A stretch of DNA of 64,000 nucleotides from a virus. Taxonomy: Duplodnaviria; Caudoviricetes. Below the pieces are notes generated by a model. That model was given only the letters and a program-made list of their open reading frames with translations. It ran no database searches and was not told the origin of the DNA. Positions 56,820-64,000 of this stretch are shown here, in pieces; the first letter of the stretch is position 1; each line of letters starts with the position of its first letter. The DNA lies in the IMG/VR virus record IMGVR_UViG_3300031415_000002, positions 1,702 to 65,701 of that record, one strand, 5' to 3'. Position numbers and translations under genes: made by a program.

Positions 56820-57285
56820 TCCGGTTCATGTCGTAGCGGGGTGGAGTGCCACAACCACTGTCGCGGCGGCGCAATTTATTGCAACTGTCCTGCTTGGCGG
56901 CGGTGGTCTGTATGGCATTGCTCGAGCCATTGCCCTCCTCTGGAAAATGAACACGGAAAGCAAAAAGCAGGACAGCGAAGCGGCGGCTGCGGTTCGCAAA
57001 GAAATGATGGACATTAGTGACCGCCAGCAAGCGAGAATTGACGCGCTAGAAAAAGACGCGACCGAAGAACGTAAGCGACATGGCGAGGAAATGATGGCGC
57101 TTAGGCGACATTATGAAGGCGAATTGGCGCAGTTGCGACGACAGGTTGCAGCGCTGACGCATCAGCTTATCATTATGCAGGGCGATACGGGGCGGGCCAC
57201 TAAACTGACCGGCCCATCCAGCGGTGACATGAAAGAAATTCTTAATATGGCGTTTCCACCTGTGGTGGACGAAGATGCCGATTAG
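56809..57285 (+). CDS. TM plus coiled-coil protein
   Basis: N-terminal TM followed by a long charged helix. Confidence 0.6.
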   Translation: MADNPVHVVAGWSATTTVAAAQFIATVLLGGGGLYGIARAIALLWKMNTESKKQDSEAAAAVRKEMMDISDRQQARIDALEKDATEERKRHGEEMMALRRHYEGELAQLRRQVAALTHQLIIMQGDTGRATKLTGPSSGDMKEILNMAFPPVVDEDAD

Positions 57286-57682
57286 CGGAGACAACAAGTT
57301 AATTGCGCGCCTTAAAAAAGCGCGCAATATTTCCAATGCAATGGATAAATGGGCGCTGGACGGTGCAAAAACCGTTATGGAGGAAGCCCAATTTTTGATT
57401 AGGGATGGCGCTATTCCGCCCCCTAATCATGTTCCTAGTTTGCCTGGACAGCCAGCTAAAGAAGAATACGGCGATCTAGCGCGCGATATGGCGGTGGAAT
57501 CTCTGCCAGAAAGGGGTAGTGCCGCGTTTATCGCGTATAGCGATCACGCGCTTCCGACAGAATTCGGCACGTCAAAAATGGTTGAACGCCCTTGGGCTAG
57601 GCCCGCCACATCCAATAAGCGAAAAGCCATATTGGATGCAGCGCGCAAGGCTGTTGATGATGTGGTGAAAGGGCGCGATTAA
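57275..57682 (+). CDS. HK97 gp10-like tail completion protein
   Basis: PSLPGQP and EFGTSKMVERPWARPA. Confidence 0.8.
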   Translation: MPISGDNKLIARLKKARNISNAMDKWALDGAKTVMEEAQFLIRDGAIPPPNHVPSLPGQPAKEEYGDLARDMAVESLPERGSAAFIAYSDHALPTEFGTSKMVERPWARPATSNKRKAILDAARKAVDDVVKGRD

Positions 57683-58431
57683 TGCCCCTCCCCGTGCGAG
57701 AGGGCGGCGAGACGTTGGCGAGTGAGGTCGATCGCGGTCAGATAACCAGATGACCACGACGGAAAGTCCTCGCCATTTTGCGGCGACGTGCTTTCGTCAA
57801 TCTGTTCGGCAGCAAGCCAAGCATCCAGACGCTTTATCACCTCCCCCGCCGGGACCGCATCGACAGCGGGCGCGGGGGTGGCGGGGAAGGGATGCGCTAT
57901 CTCGCTCTCGTACAGCCCCGAAGGGTGCATCCTTTCGCCCCGAGCCTCGCAAGAATCCTTTAAATGAACCAAGGGTTGCGCGTCGAAACCGCAAGCGTTG
58001 CACTCGTACCCCGTATCCAGCGCCCCCACCTTGCATGCCGGGCAATTATCCCAATCAGGATCATCTGGATTACGGCGGACTTCTTCTACCCGATCCGCGA
58101 CAGTCTTGGGCCTGCGTTGGCGATCTTTAATCGCGCGGTCACTGCACGCTTGAAACCGTAGGTATTGCTCGCGGGATAGCGTCGGTAGCGTCTCGTCGCC
58201 AGCGAGCCAACGGGTATAGGTATCAGCCTCTCCAGCCATAATTGCATCGCCCGCGCGGCTGTCGAGGGCGGCGAGAACGTCATTCGCGGGCTCGGTATCG
58301 AAAATCGTCATGAGCTCCCCGGCGAGCCAATCGGCAGACCGATACGGAGCATTGCGATACTGATCGACAGAAGAACGGATGCGTTCCATCTGTCGCTTCA
58401 TCTGCAAGTCTGGCGGGAATTGGATAACCAT
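57679..58431 (-). CDS. Hypothetical protein with Zn ribbon
   Basis: CPACKVG and ECNACG. Confidence 0.55.
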   Translation of the reverse strand: MVIQFPPDLQMKRQMERIRSSVDQYRNAPYRSADWLAGELMTIFDTEPANDVLAALDSRAGDAIMAGEADTYTRWLAGDETLPTLSREQYLRFQACSDRAIKDRQRRPKTVADRVEEVRRNPDDPDWDNCPACKVGALDTGYECNACGFDAQPLVHLKDSCEARGERMHPSGLYESEIAHPFPATPAPAVDAVPAGEVIKRLDAWLAAEQIDESTSPQNGEDFPSWSSGYLTAIDLTRQRLAALSHGEGH

Positions 58432-58661
58432 CAGCGGGCCACCTGTTCTGCGTATTCGATGGCGTTGAGGCAGACGGTGCGGCAGTGCGTAGTCATCAGC
58501 TGAATCGCAGTGCGGTGCTGTCGCCTTGGGTGGCCGAGCATCTTCCACAAGGCGTGCGCGCCTTCGTAGTCATTGTGCTGCGTATGGGATGCGTGGCACT
58601 CAACGACGGCAGCAACATAAGCCGCCTCGCGCACAGCATCCGGCGTCTGTCGGGTGGTCAT
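58431..58661 (-). CDS. Hypothetical protein
   Basis: 76 aa, coupled. Confidence 0.5.
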   Translation of the reverse strand: MTTRQTPDAVREAAYVAAVVECHASHTQHNDYEGAHALWKMLGHPRRQHRTAIQLMTTHCRTVCLNAIEYAEQVAR

Positions 58662-58900
58662 GCGGGGTCTCCTGCTTGAACAGTGGCGCGCAGACGGGCA
58701 ATGGCTTCCTCAAGGTCGGCAATCTCGCGCATCAGCCAATCGATATTGGTTTCCCGCTGGTTGACGGGGATCAGCGGGTTGTAGCTTTCCCGCCCCCAGC
58801 GCTGCGTCTTTCCGGCAGCGGCAAGAACCTCGCCGCATTCCTCGACCAAGTGCGCAAGTTGCTTGTCGAAGCCTGCCTGCAAAAACCTTGGATCGCTCAT
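58658..58900 (-). CDS. MazG-like nucleotide pyrophosphohydrolase
   Basis: LVEECGEV and REIADL motifs; 80 aa. Confidence 0.65.
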   Translation of the reverse strand: MSDPRFLQAGFDKQLAHLVEECGEVLAAAGKTQRWGRESYNPLIPVNQRETNIDWLMREIADLEEAIARLRATVQAGDPA

Positions 58901-59577
58901 ACCTTCCCCCCATCGCTGGCGTGAGAGGCGGGGGTGGCGATGACTATGCCTGCTACCTTCTGACATTTCGGGCACGGCACCTTGTCCCCGCCCTCCGAGC
59001 AGGTCGAAGGAGCCGTGACGAAATAGCCATAGCCCTTGCACTGGTCGCACCCCTCCCCCTGGCGGATCGCGTCTGCGGAGAGGGTGGAGAGGGCGATATT
59101 CGCCATGTCGCGCCAGTAGGACTTGCACGCCGTTGGCCCCCAGCCACGAGGAGCCTTCTCGTGCATCCTCTCCCAAGGACCAACTTTCGCGGCTTCCGCC
59201 ATAGCCTTCGCCGCACGCTCCACCGCCTCCCGATCCATCGCGGGCGGGGCGATCCATTTATCAATGGCGGCTTTTCGCTCGTCATCGGTCAGCGGCTTCG
59301 CGATGCAAGTGACGCCCTCTGCTATCGGCGCGGGCTGGACGGCGCGGGCGTTCCAAGCGGTGATGGCCTTGTCTTCGGTATCCGCAGTCGGCCCATTTAC
59401 CGAGCAGTACGAACATTGGACGCGATACCGGGGCGTAAGCGCCGGGAACTGCCACACGTCCTCGTCATTCGGAAACTCGCCTTCGTCATGTGACGCGCAC
59501 CACGGGTTCGGGCACGGCAGCAGCTTCGCACTTTCGTTCACATCAGCCACGGGCATCACTCCATTTCTCCATCTCAT
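58897..59577 (-). CDS. Lar-family (restriction alleviation-like) Zn protein
   Basis: LLPCPNPWC, VQCSYC and AITAWNAR; second CDQC/CPKC finger. Confidence 0.65.
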   Translation of the reverse strand: MRWRNGVMPVADVNESAKLLPCPNPWCASHDEGEFPNDEDVWQFPALTPRYRVQCSYCSVNGPTADTEDKAITAWNARAVQPAPIAEGVTCIAKPLTDDERKAAIDKWIAPPAMDREAVERAAKAMAEAAKVGPWERMHEKAPRGWGPTACKSYWRDMANIALSTLSADAIRQGEGCDQCKGYGYFVTAPSTCSEGGDKVPCPKCQKVAGIVIATPASHASDGGKV

Positions 59578-59639
59578 TGCTCCTTCTGACGTTCTATGTC
59601 ATAACCCCCGCATCAGCGCTGTCAACAGGAAAATTCACA

Positions 59640-59810
59640 GTGGCAAAAATCATCGTCCACACCCCTTTCGACTACCGCTTCCCATCCGGCTCGCTGGTCG
59701 CATTCAAGGCGTCCGACGACGCCGTCACCACCAAGCGAGAGATCGTGGATTACGCTATCGCCAAAGGCTACGGCATTGACCCAGAGGCGAAGGCCAAGGA
59801 TGGCGAGTAA
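59640..59810 (+). CDS. Small tail-region protein
   Basis: GTG 59640; overlaps next start. Confidence 0.45.
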   Translation: MAKIIVHTPFDYRFPSGSLVAFKASDDAVTTKREIVDYAIAKGYGIDPEAKAKDGE

Positions 59811-60213
59811 AGACGCAACTCGCTACGTCCGTTACGCGGTAATCGACGCCCTAAAAACGCTCGCCATTGAGGGCTTTGGCGACAAATGGTTCCCGCAACA
59901 GATACCGGCCAACCAGAATTACCCATATGGTTTTGTTGGCGTGCCGATTATGACGCTGGAGCAAATCCAATGCATGTCGGCCTCTACCATTCGGTTTGCG
60001 ATCCATGCCTATACCGTTGGCGAGACAGCGGCCAATAAGATCAGCGAGCGGCTAGTGGAACTGGATGGCGCAAGTATTGACCTAGCCAATGTTGGATGCC
60101 CGTTCCCGGCCTATGTTGACCTGACGTTCGTGAATGCCACGCCTGTTCGTGATAGCGCGGAATCGACTATCTTTCATTTGATTTGCAATATGGTGGCGGA
60201 AGTCAATGCGTGA
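59800..60213 (+). CDS. Tail terminator (DUF3168-like)
   Basis: YPYGFVG and IRFAIHAY; position before the tail tube gene. Confidence 0.7.
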   Translation: MASKDATRYVRYAVIDALKTLAIEGFGDKWFPQQIPANQNYPYGFVGVPIMTLEQIQCMSASTIRFAIHAYTVGETAANKISERLVELDGASIDLANVGCPFPAYVDLTFVNATPVRDSAESTIFHLICNMVAEVNA

Positions 60214-60302
60214 CTTTACGTTGGCATAACTACGCGCTATAAGACGTTGTTGTAATTCCCCGCCGTGAGGCGGCACGTTCCCGTAGAAGGATACTATACC
60301 TC

Positions 60303-60785
60303 ATGGCCCTATTTCCCGCTCGTCTTAAAGGGGGGTATATCTCGGTTTTGGTCGGCAACGGCGCTAACCCCGAGGTCTTCACCAAGCTATGCGGGGCAAC
60401 CAGCCGCGCATTTACTATCCAGAAGAACACCACGGACGATAACCTCGACCCGTGCGATGATCCCGAGGCCATTCCTTCGCGCGTCCTTCAGGTGACGGGC
60501 AAGCAGTGGGATATGGCGCTCAACATCATCTATAACCGCACGCAAGCCGCGCTTATTCGCGACCTTGCAACGCGCTCGACCAGCAGCAACTTCCGCTTTG
60601 AGTTCGATGAAGCTGGTACGACCGGCTCGATTCAGAATGGCGGCGGCACGATTGATTCTGGCTACTGGCAGGGCGCGGGCCAGGTCACCAATTTTCAGGT
60701 GACGGGCGGCGGCAATGCCGAGTACGCGACTGGCACGCTGGCAATTGCAAGTGACGGCGATTTCCAATGGGTTAACGCGGCCTAA
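60303..60785 (+). CDS. Major tail tube protein (GTA/TP901-like)
   Basis: GNGANPEVFTKLCG and PCDDPEA motifs. Confidence 0.85.
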   Translation: MALFPARLKGGYISVLVGNGANPEVFTKLCGATSRAFTIQKNTTDDNLDPCDDPEAIPSRVLQVTGKQWDMALNIIYNRTQAALIRDLATRSTSSNFRFEFDEAGTTGSIQNGGGTIDSGYWQGAGQVTNFQVTGGGNAEYATGTLAIASDGDFQWVNAA

Positions 60786-61249
60786 TGCCTAACCACGTTT
60801 GGCTACAATTTGGCGATGGCGTATATCTCGCTCATTTGAAGAACAAGCGCATTGATGCCGTTGAAACGGTGACTGGCGCTAGTTTAGGTGACATATACGC
60901 CCGATCCATGTCCGGTGTTTACCGTGACACGGATGGAGAATGGGTGGTGGTGCCCACCGAGGCCAAGTGGTCCAATAGGGAATTGGTTGAGGTTGTCCGC
61001 CAGGGCTTTATCGGCGGCGCAAAGGCCATTATTGATGGCGTTGAAAAGCCTATCAATGACTATCAGGTCAACGCCGCCATCACCTCCTACCTAGACGACC
61101 GCCCCCGCATTGAATTGTGGAAACTGGCGTCGGCCATTTTGTACGCCACGATGGAGGGCTACGAACCGGGGGAAGCCGAGGGGGCGAAGCCCCCGATCCA
61201 AACGGAAAACGAAGCATCTTTGGACCAGAGGGGTACGCTGGATACCTAG
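60785..61249 (+). CDS. Tail assembly chaperone (G)
   Basis: Between tail tube and tape measure; GTA-type. Confidence 0.75.
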   Translation: MPNHVWLQFGDGVYLAHLKNKRIDAVETVTGASLGDIYARSMSGVYRDTDGEWVVVPTEAKWSNRELVEVVRQGFIGGAKAIIDGVEKPINDYQVNAAITSYLDDRPRIELWKLASAILYATMEGYEPGEAEGAKPPIQTENEASLDQRGTLDT

Positions 61250-61470
61250 TCAACTGTCTCAAGATGAATAGGCAGAATCCAGACGATTGGGATTTTGTCG
61301 AGTATTCCAAGGTTTTGAAGGTTTGGAACGCTAGAGACAAGGAAGCGTCCGCCAAGCATGGCGATGACAGCGTAGAGGACTTTTCCAATGGCGATACGCT
61401 GCCACCGTCTATTGAGTGGATGATGGCTGATGACGCACGGATTTCCGCGCGCGGTTATGAGGTGAATTGA
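61168..61470 (+). other. -1 frameshift site and extension of the chaperone (G-T fusion)
   Basis: G GGG GAA at 61168-61174, hairpin 5 nt downstream, open -1 frame to 61470. Confidence 0.65.
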
Positions 61471-61471
61471 T

Positions 61472-64000
61472 ATGGCCGGTGTAACCGCTGATAGCGTGGT
61501 CGTTTTGATCGAAGCCAAGACTCGTGAGTATGAGGCCGCGATTGATGCAGCGGCTAAAAAGACTGAAGCTGCGCTTAGCAAAATGCGGGAAGCGACCAAG
61601 AATCCCGTAACGCTCAATCTTTCCGCAAAAACAACTAGCGAAATCAATAAGGTTGTTGCGTCCAACAAGCGTCTGTCAGCGTCCGAAAAGGAATTGGCGG
61701 GGCAGGTTACTAAGTCCGTCAATCAAGCCATTGCGGCTAGAAATCGTGAGGCCGCAGCCGCCGTAGCCGCTGCAAGTAGAATTGTTCGTGCGCGGGCCAT
61801 GTCCGGCACTTCGCTAGGCGGCTCGGGCGCAGGTCGGGGCGGCGGTCCATCTGTGTCGCCTTACACGGCCATCAATCGTGCCATTCGCGAATCCATAGAA
61901 CTGCAAAAACAGCTAAATGCGGTCCAAGCCTCTGGATCAGCCGCGCTTCGCGAACAAATCACATTCTTGCGCACCATTAATCGCTTGCGCCGCGCTGGCC
62001 TATCCGACGCCCAAGCGCTTGAGCGAGCCGAGCAGCGCATTCTTGAAATTCGTCGCCGTCAGGCCAATGCAGGGCGCGACCGCAGGCCATTGCCTCCAAC
62101 TCCTCCCGGCCCCGGTCCCGGTCCGCGGCCCGATGGCGGCGGATCGGAGAGTGGTGGTTCCACTTATCTTGGCGGCTTGCGCGGCGCTGTCGGTGCTTTT
62201 GTAGGCGCCTATGCTGGCATTAGCGGCGCGCGTGAATATCTTGAACTAACCGACGCATACAAGCAGTATAATGCTCAGTTGCGCTTGGCGACAGCCGAAA
62301 ACGGCAATCTGGCCCAAGCTCAGGCTGATACGCAGCGCATTGCAGCCGAAACGCGCTCCGGCCTGACTGAAACGGCGCAACTCTACGGCACATTCCAGCG
62401 GAACGCGGCGCAGCTTGGCCTTACTCAAGAGCAGTCCGCCCGCGCCACCGAAATTATTACCAAGTCGTTCAAAATTAGCGGAGCCACAGCATCCGAAGCC
62501 GCTGGCGGCTTGCGTCAGTTTCTGCAAGCCCTGCAATCCGGTCAGTTGCGCGGTGAAGAATTCAACTCGGTTGTTGAGAATGCGCCTCGACTTGCCAAAA
62601 TTTTTGCTGACCAGCTTACCAACGGCAATGTTGGCGCACTAAGGGCGCTTGCTTTTGAAGGCAAGATTACTGGAGATGAAATCAAAAAAGCTCTTAACGA
62701 TCCTCAGGTTTATGACCAGATAAAACGCGAATTTAACGAAATTCCCGTTACCTTTGAAGATGCGATGACGACGGTTCGCAATGCCGCGATCATCACGTTT
62801 GGCGCTTTCGATGAAGGCGGAGATATTTCCAAGGCGTTGGTGAATTTTATCACCGGTGGTTCTGAGGGATTTGCCGATCTAGCAAAGTCTGCAAGCGATC
62901 AAGGATCAGATATTAGGGCGACCTTTGAGGCGCTGTCCAACGCATTCGACCCTCTTTTGGCTGGCGCGCAAAATGCATTCGGTGGCATTCGCCAAGAGGC
63001 TAATTATACTCGCGATAGCATTTATAACATCCTTAACGGAATTGACCAGCTTCGTAATTTTCTGCCGGACATACAGCGTCGCGCGCAAGCCTTTGATGAA
63101 AGGACATTCGGTAGGCGTTTGGGCTTTACTGGAGATATTGGCCCTCGCTCCGACATATCCGGTGACTTTTTGCGTCGTGGCGATGCACTTCGGGCAAGAC
63201 AGCAGGGCCGCAGGATTGACTCCATGTTTGGCGGAGCCGCTAATCTTGGTGCGTTTGTCAGGGGCGAGAAAAATGTATTTGGCCAGCTAACGTCGCTTCC
63301 GGGGAATCGCCCTCGCGTCAACGCCGATGTAAAAAAATACCAAGACCTGAATGCGGACCTTGAGAAACTGAAGGCTGGCGCGAACGCCAAAGAACTCAAG
63401 ACGATCAACCAAAAGATTGCCAAAAATAACCAGATTATCGACAATCTGAATAAGGGCGTTAGCGTCCAGGCCGCACGTGCCGCAGTGCCATCAGCCGGTC
63501 GTGGTCGTCGCGGACCATCGGCAGAAACGCTTGCCAAGCGCGAAGAGGCCGAGCGCTTGCGCGGTGTTCGTAAGGAGGACGCATACAATAGCGAGGTGGA
63601 GCGCCTCAATAGCGCAATCCTGTCCGCTAAGGGCAAGCAGGCGCAAAGCATTGATTCTAGCTACGAGGCCGCTGTCGCCAATGCCGATGCCGATCTGAAA
63701 CAGGCTGAAACCAAGTACCAAAATCAGCTTAACGAAGGCAAGATTACTGACGAGCAACGCAAGGTTTTGGTTGGCCTTGCGGGCCAGGTCCGCGCGCAAG
63801 AGGTGTTGACCGCCAATACCGAGCGCGCCGCAGCGCTGGCATCCGATGCGCTTCAGCGCCAAGCTGATGCCGCTAATAATCAGGCCGATGCGATTCGTGC
63901 CCAATTGGATGTGACGGTTAGCCGCACGCAGCGCGAAAAGCTACAAAATCAGCTTATCGAAAAAGAATATGAAGCGCGCCGCGCGGCGCTTCTGGAGCGC
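61472..64000 (+). CDS. Tape measure protein, partial (runs off the window)
   Basis: ATG 61472 MAGVTADSVVV; LRQFLQALQSGQLRGEEFNSVVENAPRLA tape-measure motif; Ala-rich. Confidence 0.9.
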   Translation, partial: MAGVTADSVVVLIEAKTREYEAAIDAAAKKTEAALSKMREATKNPVTLNLSAKTTSEINKVVASNKRLSASEKELAGQVTKSVNQAIAARNREAAAAVAAASRIVRARAMSGTSLGGSGAGRGGGPSVSPYTAINRAIRESIELQKQLNAVQASGSAALREQITFLRTINRLRRAGLSDAQALERAEQRILEIRRRQANAGRDRRPLPPTPPGPGPGPRPDGGGSESGGSTYLGGLRGAVGAFVGAYAGISGAREYLELTDAYKQYNAQLRLATAENGNLAQAQADTQRIAAETRSGLTETAQLYGTFQRNAAQLGLTQEQSARATEIITKSFKISGATASEAAGGLRQFLQALQSGQLRGEEFNSVVENAPRLAKIFADQLTNGNVGALRALAFEGKITGDEIKKALNDPQVYDQIKREFNEIPVTFEDAMTTVRNAAIITFGAFDEGGDISKALVNFITGGSEGFADLAKSASDQGSDIRATFEALSNAFDPLLAGAQNAFGGIRQEANYTRDSIYNILNGIDQLRNFLPDIQRRAQAFDERTFGRRLGFTGDIGPRSDISGDFLRRGDALRARQQGRRIDSMFGGAANLGAFVRGEKNVFGQLTSLPGNRPRVNADVKKYQDLNADLEKLKAGANAKELKTINQKIAKNNQIIDNLNKGVSVQAARAAVPSAGRGRRGPSAETLAKREEAERLRGVRKEDAYNSEVERLNSAILSAKGKQAQSIDSSYEAAVANADADLKQAETKYQNQLNEGKITDEQRKVLVGLAGQVRAQEVLTANTERAAALASDALQRQADAANNQADAIRAQLDVTVSRTQREKLQNQLIEKEYEARRAALLER

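Noticed and set aside
61917-63904. Short ORFs within the tape-measure region
   Set aside because: Alternative frames of one continuous ORF from 61472 that is missing from the track because its stop lies beyond the window

Overview
About 64 kb of a tailed dsDNA siphophage genome, probably most of a circularly permuted genome. The window starts in the tail-tip genes and ends inside the tape-measure gene. The host is inferred to be an alphaproteobacterium, probably Sphingomonadaceae, from the alpha-type permuted tmRNA, a GcrA-like protein and a GH19 endolysin. No integrase or canonical tRNA is evident. Modules: tail tip, tailspike and lysis (0.1-7.6 kb); small early genes with dUTPase, DNA MTase, beta-clamp and an HD alarmone hydrolase (7.6-20 kb); recombination and replication with an AT-rich palindromic ori candidate (20-29.3 kb); terminase (31.4-33.2 kb); about 11 kb of small accessory genes; portal, head and tail genes (44.8-64 kb) interrupted by antisense early cassettes that each have their own promoter. 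Most notable: (1) a Hint/BIL domain on a poly-Gly linker at the C-terminus of the tail-tip protein; (2) a complete two-piece tmRNA with an unusual tag, (A)VNDNHVSEVRFAA, heading an island of structured non-coding segments that includes tRNA T-arm mimics; (3) a possible translation-rescue and anti-alarmone toolkit (tmRNA, SAH-type HD hydrolase, MazG-like protein); (4) truncated mimics of host regulators, namely a CapW/BrxR-type wHTH without WYL and a GcrA N-terminal domain with a new C-terminus. All family assignments come from motif recognition by eye, not database searches.
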